DNA of 64,000 nt from the NCBI GenBank assembly GCA_040767195.1, contig JAXGPA010000004.1, positions 160,001 to 224,000 on the forward strand, in the 5' to 3' direction. The translations under genes were made by a program, and so were the position numbers. Within the stretch, counting starts at the first letter, position 1; the number at the start of each line of letters is the position of its first letter. This document shows, one piece after another, positions 8,282 to 18,021 of the stretch. This stretch comes from Syntrophales bacterium. GTDB lineage: Bacteria; Desulfobacterota; Syntrophia; Syntrophales; UBA6807. The notes below the pieces were generated by a model. That model was not told the DNA's origin. It saw only the letters and a list, made by a program, of their open reading frames with translations, and did no database searches.

Positions 8282-9211
8282 ATGAAAAAAATATTTTTCA
8301 TCTTTTTGGTTGTTACGGTTTTTGCCACGCTGGCATGGTCCCAGATGCGGGAAGGCACAATGGGCGGAGCCTCTCAATCGATATTTCCTCAGACATCTTC
8401 ACAGATTGGCGATGAAATACTCGAAGCGTTGATCCGGATAAGCCGGGGCGGGCAGCTTTATGATGACTGGTGGAAAACGACGACAGATACCGTGAAGCCC
8501 GAAAAGGACAACCCGCTTTGGAAGGAGCAGAGCACGAACAAGCGGAGCGGCTATGACACCTACCGCTGCAAAGAATGTCACGGCTGGGACTATCGAGGCA
8601 AAGACGGGGCCTATGGAAAGGGTTCTCACTACACGGGCTTCAAAGGCGTATACGAGGCAGCCCAAAAAATGTCCGTTCAGGAAATCGAGAGGATCCTGAC
8701 CAAAATGGGATCGGAAAAAAAGCACGATTTCAGTCAGCATATGGGCAATGAAGAGATTGCGGACCTGGCCCTTTTCGTAAAAAAAGGCGTTATTGACACA
8801 ACCAGGCTTGTCGATGACAAAGGATTGCCGACAGGAGGAAGCGAGAGGACGGGTCGTTCCATTTTCAGGAGAAACTGCACGTTCATGTGCCACGGTCCGG
8901 ATGGTACGGGAATCAATTTCGGGGACTCCGAAGAGCCTGAGTACGTTGGCACCATAGCGTATGAAAATCCCTGGGAATTCATCCACAAGGTCCGATGCGG
9001 TCAGCCCGGCACGAGGATGCCTTCGGCCATTATCAATGAATGGAGTGAAAAGGAAATTCTTGACCTTCTCAACTTTGCGCGGACTTTACCGAAGAATGAT
9101 TCCGAGATCAGCGGAGGGTCCCATTACAGGGGTCATATGGGCCGCCGGGGAATGATGCACCGGGATTATCGTCCCGGTAGCGGCAGGGGTTTCGGGCCAA
9201 CATTGGAGTGA
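8282..9211 (+). CDS. Exported diheme c-type cytochrome
   Basis: GAGGAGG SD; signal peptide; CKECH (8567-8581) and CTFMCH (8876-8893); GQPGTRMP candidate distal Met. Confidence 0.8.
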   Translation: MKKIFFIFLVVTVFATLAWSQMREGTMGGASQSIFPQTSSQIGDEILEALIRISRGGQLYDDWWKTTTDTVKPEKDNPLWKEQSTNKRSGYDTYRCKECHGWDYRGKDGAYGKGSHYTGFKGVYEAAQKMSVQEIERILTKMGSEKKHDFSQHMGNEEIADLALFVKKGVIDTTRLVDDKGLPTGGSERTGRSIFRRNCTFMCHGPDGTGINFGDSEEPEYVGTIAYENPWEFIHKVRCGQPGTRMPSAIINEWSEKEILDLLNFARTLPKNDSEISGGSHYRGHMGRRGMMHRDYRPGSGRGFGPTLE

Positions 9212-9403
9212 CACAGATGGTGTTTGAACTTCATCGTTAAACGAAGGATTTTTTGGTTCCGATGGAAATCGATCTGCAAAAATTCCGATAGTTCGGGAAT
9301 GTCATCTGGGTGGGACACGAGGTGAAGTAAAAGAAGTTTCTTCCACATTAATATTTTCTTAAATGGAAAAAGATCGAAAAGGGCAGCGTGGGAGACAAAG
9401 CAG

Positions 9404-9445
9404 AAAACAGGGGGTTACGATCTATCATCGTAACCCCCTGTTTTT
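9404..9445. terminator. Perfect 18-bp hairpin with A/T tracts; bidirectional terminator just downstream of the tRNA
   Basis: AAAACAGGGGGTTACGAT-ctatc-ATCGTAACCCCCTGTTTT. Confidence 0.8.
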
Positions 9446-9448
9446 ATT

Positions 9449-9525
<77 letters not shown>

Positions 9526-9555
9526 TCAAGTTTTTATATGCGAAACTGAACCATC

Positions 9556-9584
9556 CTTATATTCCAGGAGCCGGAAAATGTCAA
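9556..9584 (-). promoter_or_regulatory. Sigma70-type promoter for the tRNA
   Basis: TTGACA-N17-TATAAG on minus strand, about 30 nt upstream of the tRNA. Confidence 0.7.
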
Positions 9585-9597
9585 GGGCCCCCTCTTT

Positions 9598-10155
9598 TCA
9601 AAAAACAAAGACCGCCGCCGCGAGAACGGTGGTATACCCCGTGTTGGAAGCGAGGGTGGACTGGGTCATGTTTCTCGTCTTGACGATTTTCCCGCTTATC
9701 TTGAAAATGTCTTCCTTTTCGTTCCAGGCCGCGTCAATGTCGAAGTCGATCCCGAGGGTCGATGCCAGCATGGCCGCGGCGAGGTCTTCCGCGTAATCCC
9801 CCGCCTGTTTTTCCGTCTGCCCGAAGGCGTGGTGCTCGCTTATGTACCCGTAAGCTTTCTTGTCTGTGGGTATGGCGCAGCCCACGGTGGCGGCGATGAG
9901 CCTTCGCGGTTCGTTGCAGCAGCAACGGCTCATGACGCAGTACACGATGGACCCGGGCACGAGTTCCTTCAAGCCCCGTTCCCTCGAAATCACCTTGCAC
10001 CCCGGCGGAAAAATGCTCGAGACCTGGACAAGATTGAATTTCTCGATGCCGGCATCCCGAAGGGCAAGCTCGAAGGAATGGAGCTCTTCCTTGTGAGACC
10101 CGACCCCCTTGGTGAAAAAGATCTTCTTGGGTACGAACTCTTTCAATTTTACCAC
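9598..10155 (-). CDS. pdaD: Pyruvoyl-dependent arginine decarboxylase
   Basis: [11 protein letters not shown]...[11 protein letters not shown] (SS self-cleavage site), GYISEHH; downstream of agmatinase. Confidence 0.9.
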   Translation of the reverse strand: MVKLKEFVPKKIFFTKGVGSHKEELHSFELALRDAGIEKFNLVQVSSIFPPGCKVISRERGLKELVPGSIVYCVMSRCCCNEPRRLIAATVGCAIPTDKKAYGYISEHHAFGQTEKQAGDYAEDLAAAMLASTLGIDFDIDAAWNEKEDIFKISGKIVKTRNMTQSTLASNTGYTTVLAAAVFVF

Positions 10156-10170
10156 TCCTTAATGGATTTT

Positions 10171-11022
10171 TTAGGGCCCCGCCAGGTAGCCCATGATCCG
10201 ATAGGTCAGCTTGGCCGCCATGAAGTCGGGGGCCACCATTCCCGGAATCGGGCAAAGCTCGACGACGTCGAAACCGCGGATGGCGCGGTGCCTGGAAACC
10301 TCCCGGACCAGGGCTGTCACGTCCCGCCACGTCAGTCCGTCCGGTTCGGGCGTTCCCGTAGCGGCCATGATGGCGGGGTCGAACACATCGAGATCGACAG
10401 TGAGATAGACGTCTTCCGTGAGGGCGTCGGCGACCCGCTCCATCCAGTCCGGTTTCTTCCTGATGGTTTCAGGACCGTAGCAGGAAATCTCTTTCTCCTT
10501 GAGAAAAGCCGCCTCCTCGGCACTCATGCTTCGGATTCCAACGGGGACGACGGGCGCGATTTCGCAGATCCGGCGGGAAACGCAGGCGTGGCTGTAAGGG
10601 GTGCCCTGGTAAGTGTCCCGCATATCCGCGTGGGCATCGAGATGAAGGACGGAAATCCCCGGATATCTATCCTTCATGGCCTGGACGGCACCGAAGCTGA
10701 TGGAATGCTCCCCTCCCAGCACCACGGGGATTTTTTCCCAGTCCAGGACCTGGGAGACATGCCGCCGCACCGTGTCCATCATGTCCCGGGGGTTTCCTGC
10801 CGACACCTCCAGGGCGGGCGCCGTGTGGATGCCGGAAAGATACGTCTCCCTGTCCAGTTCCTCGTCGTAGAGCTCCATCTGGGTGGAGGCTTCCATGATG
10901 GCCGCGGGACCCCGCCGGGACCCCGCCTGGTAGGACGTAGTCAGGTCGTAGGGTACCGGTATGACGACAAACCGCGCCTTTTCGAGAAGGGCATCTTCCT
11001 GGGAGAGACCGCCGAAATTCAC
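10171..11022 (-). CDS. speB: Agmatinase
   Basis: Ureohydrolase motifs GGEHSI, DAHAD, SHA, DLDVFDP, GTPEP, DVVE. Confidence 0.92.
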   Translation of the reverse strand: MNFGGLSQEDALLEKARFVVIPVPYDLTTSYQAGSRRGPAAIMEASTQMELYDEELDRETYLSGIHTAPALEVSAGNPRDMMDTVRRHVSQVLDWEKIPVVLGGEHSISFGAVQAMKDRYPGISVLHLDAHADMRDTYQGTPYSHACVSRRICEIAPVVPVGIRSMSAEEAAFLKEKEISCYGPETIRKKPDWMERVADALTEDVYLTVDLDVFDPAIMAATGTPEPDGLTWRDVTALVREVSRHRAIRGFDVVELCPIPGMVAPDFMAAKLTYRIMGYLAGP

Positions 11023-11155
11023 TCTTTCACCCCGGATAATCGACGAAATGACAACAAAGGTGACTTTTCACAAAACCCGAAATTTAAAAAAGAAGATTTG
11101 GCTATCACATCGCCTCCCCCCTTGTCCAGCTTTTTATCCGAAGGTCGGGACAGCG

Positions 11156-14100
11156 TCAGCGAACGTAGCCGGCAATACCGTCATAGCGGAATCCCCGGTC
11201 GATGACCCGTTCCTCCTTGAGGTCCGTCGAATAAAAATAGGCACCCGTCCCGGGATGGAACCACCGGTAAAGTTCGCGGCTCCCCGCCAGGCGGGACGTA
11301 GCGATATTGCCGATGGAGCCTTCCAGGACATACCCGTCGAGACGGAGCCCTTCCCCTTTCTTATCATACCCGTAGGCGTGCCGGTTTTCACCCCGGTGAT
11401 ACCAACGGTAAAATTCCGTCGTCCCAGGCGTACCCTCCCGATAAAGGCGGAACGCCACGCCCCGGAACTCGTATCCTCCGGGAAGAACCGCCTCCTCGGC
11501 GGGTCGGGATGTAAAAAGACAGTTGAACCCTTTCCGGTAACCCAGGATATCGATAAAGGGGGACGCCTCTCCGTGAGGCACTTCCAGGAAAATGTCGGCG
11601 GCCAGGGTTCCGCTCTCCGAGGTGAAGACCACCGTCGAACCGTAAAGGCCCGGGGAAAGCCCCGTGGTGTTGACGGCTACGTTGACGAAATCCTTTTCTT
11701 TCGCCGTCGTCCCGTTATCCGGGTAGATACGGACCCAGCCCTTCTGCCCCCGGCGGGGATCCTCGCCTAAAATCCTCACCCCCTCGACGACGGTCTGCCC
11801 GCCGTAGAAAAGAAGCTCGACCGTGTGGGAACCCTTTTCCAGCGACGGGGCAACGGGCAAAACCCCGCTGTCGCCCGTTGTCCCATCCAAATCGAAGTCC
11901 ACTGCAGGCCCGCCATCCACGGACACCCGGATCCTGCCGCGCCCCCCGCCGCTATCCGTGAGAAGAACGAGGCCGGTGCCTTCAAAGGAAAAGGTCAGCC
12001 GTTCCCGCGTCCCCCGGGCGGCGGGATACCCGTCGATGTTCTCCCACGTCCCGTCGAGGGCCATCATGTCCCGGAGCTTGTCCGGTGTCTCGTAAGCCGT
12101 TTCCTGCGAGAGTTCCCCGTTCTGAAAGGAAAGGTATCTCCCTCGCCGGGCCCAGCCGTCGCCGCCGTGGGAACGCCCCTCGTCAAGGGCGGCCCTCCAG
12201 TTCAGGACCCCCATGCCCTGGTTGAGCACCTGGATTCTCCTCACCGCTCTCTTCCCCTCCCCGACGTTGCCGAAATCGATGACCGGAGGATCAATGGCCA
12301 TGCGCGGGCGGGAGGCTTCCTCCGCCACGTTGAACCGGGCGTAGACATGCCTTGACCCTCCGCTGGAAAGGAGAGGCAGGACGACCCGCTGGGGACCGAC
12401 GGGAAGATATTTCCGCACCGTGACTTTCTGATCCTTCGATTCCACCGTGAGCTCGATGAGGAATTCACCGGCCGGGCCGGACAGGGACGGGTCCTGCGGA
12501 CCGGCTGAAAAGACGGTCACCTTAAGGATGTCCTGTTCCTTCGCCACGGTCGCCGCCAGGGTTTCGCCGTCAAGGACTTCCCAGCCAACGGGTCCTGACG
12601 TGGACCACTCGACACGGCCCGAGCCCCCGTTTTCCATGAGGAAAGACCCCTTCGCCGACTCGCCGGGCCCAATAGCGCCCAGTTCCAGTTCCCGGGGGGA
12701 CACGACGAGAACGGGTTCGAAATGGGAATCCCGGATCTCGACCCGGGCGGCGTTGCTTTCCACGTTCCCCCTCTTTTTCCAAATGGTCACCGTGCCTTCC
12801 CCGCGGGCGACAAAAACGGGCCTGTTCCCCGGGAAGACCCCCGCCTCCCGGTCGGAAACCACCCAGGACCCTTCCTCTCTGCCGGACAGATCCGTTTTCC
12901 GGCCGTCGGACCAAGTTCCCGTCACCCGGAAGGTCCTTTGCTGTCCCACGGACATCCGGACATTCACGGGGCTGATGGCGATGGATTGAAGACGAACCAC
13001 CCTGATTTTCAGATCCACCCTTTTCTCTCCGGCGTTCGACCGGACAACGAGGGCCCCCGCGTAGTCCCCCTCGTCGAGATGGCTTGTTTCTCCCGACAGG
13101 GACACCGTAACGGTCTCCCCGGGATCCACCGATTCCTCAACCTGGCGCCTCGCCTCCCGCCACCGGAAATAAGGGTCGAAATCCTCCATCTCCAGGGACG
13201 ACTCGGGGCATCCCAGGTAAACACCCGGAGAAAGAGCGGCCTCCGCTTTCCTGGTTTCCCGCAGATAGGACCAGATGGACACATCCCTTTCAGACCGGAT
13301 CCAGGGCACCTCGGAAACGATCTCGAAAAACAGGGGGGCCTTGCCCGTGTTTGCCACGGAAAGGCTGAAGGGAACCGTCTCCCCCTGCTCCACCCGTCCC
13401 AGGTCGACCGTTTCCTGGTTCACGAGGAGAACCGGTTCCAGTGCGGCGCTTACCGACACGGGAACGGCGGGGCTGTAGACATCCCCCAGTTTCGCCGTAA
13501 CGTCCGCCGTCCCTCTCGAAATTCCCTGAAGTAACCCCGGGCCCTGGAAACGGGCGACGAAAGGGTCGGTCGATGTCCAGTCGACGGATTGGGTGATGTC
13601 CTCCCTGTAACCGTCGGCATAGGTCACGCGGGCCCGCAACGTCACCGATTTCCCTGCCTCGACCTGGATCTTTTCCGGTTCGATGGAAATCTTCCAGCTT
13701 TCCACCGCCTCCTCTCTGACCGCGGCCTCCTCCACGGGGCCTTTCAAAAAAACGGAAAGGGACACCACGGCGGTCCCCCCGGAAGAGGTGATCACGAGAT
13801 TCCCCGAGTGAGATCCGGGAGAAAGACGGGATCCCGAGAAATCCAGCTTCAGCGTCTGGCCTTCCGCACCCGTCTCACCGAACATCGGGTTCACCGTAAT
13901 CCAGGACGGCACCCCCGTAACGAGCCAATTCAGCTTGCCCGGCCCCCCGTTTCGAAGCGCCAGGATCCGGGACGGCGCCTCTCCCGCTGCGACAGTCCCA
14001 TAATCGATGGCGGAGGCGGAAAGGACGAGATGGGGATCCGCCGCGGCGGCCCGGGAAAGGCCGAAAGCCATCATGAGAAAGAGAGAACAGAGCACCGCCA

Positions 14101-14182
14101 TAACGAGGCAGAGAAAGAATGGCCTTCCCGCCCCGCCGTCACCGCGTATTGTTGACAGACCCATCGTCGAAGGAACCTTCAT
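11156..14182 (-). CDS. Large exported multidomain protein (BACON/ASH-like and Ig-like Big_2 repeats, jelly-roll module, C-terminal DUF5648-like repeats); start uncertain (14182 or 14164)
   Basis: Hydrophobic signal ending AAAA; repeated L.V....D.G.V...N.G...L.W units; two I.P..V...G....F...T..DG..D.. Ig units; C-terminal LYRW.H...G..FY repeats. Confidence 0.65.
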   Translation of the reverse strand: MKVPSTMGLSTIRGDGGAGRPFFLCLVMAVLCSLFLMMAFGLSRAAAADPHLVLSASAIDYGTVAAGEAPSRILALRNGGPGKLNWLVTGVPSWITVNPMFGETGAEGQTLKLDFSGSRLSPGSHSGNLVITSSGGTAVVSLSVFLKGPVEEAAVREEAVESWKISIEPEKIQVEAGKSVTLRARVTYADGYREDITQSVDWTSTDPFVARFQGPGLLQGISRGTADVTAKLGDVYSPAVPVSVSAALEPVLLVNQETVDLGRVEQGETVPFSLSVANTGKAPLFFEIVSEVPWIRSERDVSIWSYLRETRKAEAALSPGVYLGCPESSLEMEDFDPYFRWREARRQVEESVDPGETVTVSLSGETSHLDEGDYAGALVVRSNAGEKRVDLKIRVVRLQSIAISPVNVRMSVGQQRTFRVTGTWSDGRKTDLSGREEGSWVVSDREAGVFPGNRPVFVARGEGTVTIWKKRGNVESNAARVEIRDSHFEPVLVVSPRELELGAIGPGESAKGSFLMENGGSGRVEWSTSGPVGWEVLDGETLAATVAKEQDILKVTVFSAGPQDPSLSGPAGEFLIELTVESKDQKVTVRKYLPVGPQRVVLPLLSSGGSRHVYARFNVAEEASRPRMAIDPPVIDFGNVGEGKRAVRRIQVLNQGMGVLNWRAALDEGRSHGGDGWARRGRYLSFQNGELSQETAYETPDKLRDMMALDGTWENIDGYPAARGTRERLTFSFEGTGLVLLTDSGGGRGRIRVSVDGGPAVDFDLDGTTGDSGVLPVAPSLEKGSHTVELLFYGGQTVVEGVRILGEDPRRGQKGWVRIYPDNGTTAKEKDFVNVAVNTTGLSPGLYGSTVVFTSESGTLAADIFLEVPHGEASPFIDILGYRKGFNCLFTSRPAEEAVLPGGYEFRGVAFRLYREGTPGTTEFYRWYHRGENRHAYGYDKKGEGLRLDGYVLEGSIGNIATSRLAGSRELYRWFHPGTGAYFYSTDLKEERVIDRGFRYDGIAGYVR

Positions 14183-14351
14183 TGATCCTGAGCGTATTTT
14201 CCCGTCCTGTCGAGAACCGGCGGAAAACGAAAACAATCCGCCACAAAAGCTATTACAACGGGGCCGGCCTGTCAAGACACAGCAACGGGAACCCGAAAGC
14301 CGCCTGAAGGGAACGAGGTTAGGAAATCGGGACCGCTTTTTCCGCAAGGGC

Positions 14352-14379
14352 TTGACAGAACGCCGCTATTCGATATACT
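14352..14379 (+). promoter_or_regulatory. Sigma70-type promoter of the dprA-topA-trmFO operon
   Basis: TTGACA-N16-TATACT upstream of ATG at 14412. Confidence 0.65.
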
Positions 14380-14411
14380 CGTCCCTCATTTCCCTCGGGA
14401 CCGAGAAAGAT

Positions 14412-15575
14412 ATGAGCGCCATGGACAGTGAGGATCTTCGTTTTTCCATCGCCCTGAGTTTTGTCGACGACCTCGGAAACGTCGCCGTCCGCCGTCTTCT
14501 CACGTGTTTCGGAAGTGCCCGGAAGGTTCTCGAAGCGTCGGAAAGAGAACTGACGCGGGTCCCCCGCCTTTCGAAAAAAGCGATCCGGAACATGATCGCT
14601 TTTTCCGACTGGGAGCGGGTCGACGGGGAAATCGAAAAAGCGCGGAAATGGGGCGTTTCCATCCTGCCCATGGGGCACCCCGCTTATCCGGAGCGGCTTC
14701 TCAGGATCTACGACCCGCCGACCGCGCTGTACGTAAGGGGATCCTGCCCGTTGTCGGAAGCGGCCGTGGCGGTCATCGGTTCCCGGAGGGCCTCGCCCTA
14801 CGGCAGGTTCATGACCGAAAGAATCGCCCGGGATCTGGCCTGCCAGGGCATCGCCGTCATAAGCGGCATGGCCCGGGGAATCGACACGGCGGCGCACTGG
14901 GCGGCCTTGAGGGCGGGAGGGCGGACCATCGCCGTTCTCGGCTCGGGCATGGATGTAATTTATCCGCCCGAAAACAGGGATCTCTTTGAAAAAATCGGGG
15001 AAACCGGCGCCGTCATCACCGAATTTCCTTTCGGAACCCCTCCTCACGCCGTCCATTTTCCCTTGCGTAACCGGATCATCAGCGGCCTTTCCCTGGGTGT
15101 CGTGGTTGTCGAAGCGGGTGAAAAAAGCGGGTCTCTCATCACGGCGCGGCTGGCCCTGGAACAGGGAAAAGAGGTTTTCGCCATACCCGGCAGCATCGAT
15201 TCGCCGGGGTCCCGGGGAACGCACCGGCTCCTCCGCCAGGGAGCCAAGCTTGTCGAGTCCGTCCACGATGTCATGGAGGAAATCCTTCCCCAGATTCCGG
15301 CGGCCGAAAGAAACAGGCCCGGTGCAGGAGAAGCGGGTCTCGCCGGCCCCTCCGCTGTAACGGGAAATACCTCGAAAAGCGGACAAGAGGGGGTCACCCG
15401 TTCGGAGGACACCCTTCTCCGCCTTCTCGGCAGGCGTCCCCTTCCGGTGGACCGGATCATCGCATCTTCCGGTTTCGATGCCCGGGAGGTTCTTTCCCTT
15501 CTCCTGTCCCTGGAACTCCGGGGCCTGGTGGAACAGCTGCCGGGAAAGCAATTCAAACTGAAGGAGCACGCATGA
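14412..15575 (+). CDS. dprA: DNA processing protein DprA
   Basis: YP..L..I.DPP..LYVRG, VIGSR, SGMARGID, FP.RNRIISGLS, SGSLITA; upstream of topA. Confidence 0.95.
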   Translation: MSAMDSEDLRFSIALSFVDDLGNVAVRRLLTCFGSARKVLEASERELTRVPRLSKKAIRNMIAFSDWERVDGEIEKARKWGVSILPMGHPAYPERLLRIYDPPTALYVRGSCPLSEAAVAVIGSRRASPYGRFMTERIARDLACQGIAVISGMARGIDTAAHWAALRAGGRTIAVLGSGMDVIYPPENRDLFEKIGETGAVITEFPFGTPPHAVHFPLRNRIISGLSLGVVVVEAGEKSGSLITARLALEQGKEVFAIPGSIDSPGSRGTHRLLRQGAKLVESVHDVMEEILPQIPAAERNRPGAGEAGLAGPSAVTGNTSKSGQEGVTRSEDTLLRLLGRRPLPVDRIIASSGFDAREVLSLLLSLELRGLVEQLPGKQFKLKEHA

Positions 15576-18001
15576 GTCAATCTCTCATAGTTGTCGAGTC
15601 CCCCACGAAGGTACGGACCATCCGGAAATACCTCGGCAAGGACTTCGACGTTCTCGCTACCATGGGGCATATCAAGGACCTGCCGGAAAAGAAGCTGGGA
15701 ATCGACATCGAAAAAGCGTTCGAACCCACCTACGCCGTCGTCAAGGCGAAAAAGGACACGGTGACGAAACTCAAAAAGGCGGCGAACAAGGCCGCCGTCA
15801 TCTACCTGGCCCCCGACCCGGACCGCGAGGGCGAGGCCATCGCCTGGCACATCGCAGAGGAAGTGGACCGCAAGGGGAAAAAGGTCTACCGGGTTCTCTT
15901 CAACGATCTCACCCGGCAGACCATCCTCAATTCCCTGGAGCACCCGGAGGAACTGAACCCCTGCAAGTATGAGGCGCAGAAGGCCCGGCGCATCCTCGAC
16001 CGGCTCGTGGGATATCAGTTGAGCCCCCTCCTGTGGGACAAGGTCAAAAGAGGGTTGAGCGCCGGCCGGGTCCAGTCCGTGGCGGTCCGGCTCATCTGCG
16101 AACGGGAAGAGGAAATCCGCCGCTTCGTCTCCGAGGAATACTGGAATATCATCGCCCGCCTGGAGGGCAAACATCCCCCGGCCTTCGATGCCCGGCTCCT
16201 GCGGAAAAAAGGAAAAAAGATCAAGGTCCGGAACGCCGACGAAGCCGCGGAAATCACGGCGTTCGTCAGGACGGCGTCCCCCGTCGTGGAGGCGCTGGAA
16301 ACGAAGGAAACGAAGAGAAACCCCCAGCCCCCCTTCACGACGAGCAAGCTTCAGCAGGAGGCTTTCCGGCACCTCCAGTTTTCCCCGAAAAAGACCATGA
16401 CCGTCGCCCAGAGGCTTTACGAGGGAATCGACCTCGGGGAAGAGGGGCCCACAGGGCTCATCACCTACATGCGGACCGACTCGGTCCGGGTTGCCGACGA
16501 GGCCCTTCGGGATGTCCGTAAATTCATCGGGGAGAATTACGAGGCTTCCTATCTGCCTGACCGGCCGAGAACCTACAAAAGCCGGAAAACGGCCCAGGAG
16601 GCCCATGAAGCCATCCGGCCCGCCTCGACCCGCTACCGGCCCCAGGATATCCGGGCCTACCTGAAGCGAGACGAGTTTCGTCTCTATCAGCTCATCTGGA
16701 ACCGCTTCGTGGCCAGCCAGATGAACCCCGCCGTCCTGGACCAGACGACCATCGACGTCGCTGCGGGGCCTTATCTTTTCCGCGCCCAGGGGTCGGTCAT
16801 GAAATTCCCCGGGTTCACGGTTCTTTACACCGAGGGAAAGGACGAGGGAGAAGAAAACGGGACATTCGGCGCGAAACTCCCTGCCGTCGAGGTGGGGGAG
16901 ACCCTGGCCCTTCTCGATCTCACCTCGGAACAGAAGTTCACCCAGCCGCCCTTCCGGTTCACCGAGGCCACCCTGGTCCGTGAGCTGGAGGAAAAAGGCA
17001 TCGGGCGTCCGAGCACCTATGCCGCCATCCTCTCCACGATCCAGGAACGGGAATACGTCCGGCTCGTGGAGCGGCGCTTCCACCCCACGGAACTGGGCCT
17101 CCTGGTGAACGAGCTTCTCGTGAAGAACTTCCCCCGGATCCTGGACGTCTCCTTTACCGCCGCCCTGGAGGAACAGCTCGACGCCATCGAAGAGGGGAAG
17201 AGAAGCCGCCTTGACACGCTCAACAGTTTTTACGAACCTTTCCGGGACGAACTGGAAAAGGCCCGGGCGGACATGCGAAACGTGAAAAAGGAAGAACTCC
17301 CCACGGATCTGACCTGCGAGAAGTGCGGCGCTCCCATGGTCATCAAGTGGGGCAAAAACGGAAGGTTCCTCGCCTGTTCCCGGTATCCCGAATGCCGGAA
17401 CACGAAGAATTTCAGGGAGGATGAAAACGGGGACATCCGGCCGTCGGAACCGGAGACGACGGATGTGACCTGCGATCTCTGCGGAAAGCCCATGGTTGTC
17501 AAGAAGGGAAAATTCGGAACATTTCTCGGCTGTTCCGGCTACCCCGAGTGCAGGCGGACCATGAAGACGGGGGGAAAAGGCCCGTCCCCGAGCCCGGAAA
17601 CAGCGCCGGAACAGAAGGAAACAGGGGTTCTCTGCGAGAAATGCGGCCGGCCCATGATCCTTCGAAGCGGCCGGTACGGCAGGTTCCTGGGCTGTTCGGG
17701 ATACCCGGAGTGCAAGGGTATCCGGCCTCTTCCCACCGGTGTGAAGTGCCCCGAGGAGGGATGTACGGGCGAGCTGGCGGAAAAACGGACGAAACAGGGA
17801 AGGCGGTTCTATACCTGCACGCGGTATCCCGAATGCAAGTACACCCTGTGGAAAAAACCGGTGCCCGAGGCCTGTCCCCGATGCGGGCACCCCTTTCTCG
17901 TGGAGACACCGGTCCGGGGGAAAGGGACCGTCGTCGCCTGCCCCCGAGAGGAATGCGGTTTCCGGAAAGAGCCCGAGGCGGCCGGCGGCGACCTGTCGTG
18001 A
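15572..18001 (+). CDS. topA: DNA topoisomerase I with multiple C-terminal zinc ribbons
   Basis: [40 protein letters not shown]; five Cys4-type repeats. Confidence 0.98.
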   Translation: MSQSLIVVESPTKVRTIRKYLGKDFDVLATMGHIKDLPEKKLGIDIEKAFEPTYAVVKAKKDTVTKLKKAANKAAVIYLAPDPDREGEAIAWHIAEEVDRKGKKVYRVLFNDLTRQTILNSLEHPEELNPCKYEAQKARRILDRLVGYQLSPLLWDKVKRGLSAGRVQSVAVRLICEREEEIRRFVSEEYWNIIARLEGKHPPAFDARLLRKKGKKIKVRNADEAAEITAFVRTASPVVEALETKETKRNPQPPFTTSKLQQEAFRHLQFSPKKTMTVAQRLYEGIDLGEEGPTGLITYMRTDSVRVADEALRDVRKFIGENYEASYLPDRPRTYKSRKTAQEAHEAIRPASTRYRPQDIRAYLKRDEFRLYQLIWNRFVASQMNPAVLDQTTIDVAAGPYLFRAQGSVMKFPGFTVLYTEGKDEGEENGTFGAKLPAVEVGETLALLDLTSEQKFTQPPFRFTEATLVRELEEKGIGRPSTYAAILSTIQEREYVRLVERRFHPTELGLLVNELLVKNFPRILDVSFTAALEEQLDAIEEGKRSRLDTLNSFYEPFRDELEKARADMRNVKKEELPTDLTCEKCGAPMVIKWGKNGRFLACSRYPECRNTKNFREDENGDIRPSEPETTDVTCDLCGKPMVVKKGKFGTFLGCSGYPECRRTMKTGGKGPSPSPETAPEQKETGVLCEKCGRPMILRSGRYGRFLGCSGYPECKGIRPLPTGVKCPEEGCTGELAEKRTKQGRRFYTCTRYPECKYTLWKKPVPEACPRCGHPFLVETPVRGKGTVVACPREECGFRKEPEAAGGDLS

Positions 18002-18021
18002 GGCCGGAGGGAGACCCTCCC

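Noticed and set aside
14007..14411. Long N-terminal extensions in the ORF track (dprA, trmFO from 17548, rfbD, tsaD, mogA from 47663, coaX)
   Set aside because: Similarity to the families begins at downstream starts; extensions overlap neighbouring genes or promoters
15044..17890. 948-aa ORF on - strand, and similar shadows (9829-11205, 33852-35435, 37221-38792, 39386-40957, 46506-47894)
   Set aside because: Lie opposite well-supported genes and lack recognisable domains or SD sites
17310..17960. Internal DNA repeats in topA
   Set aside because: Ordinary zinc-ribbon repeats of topoisomerase I
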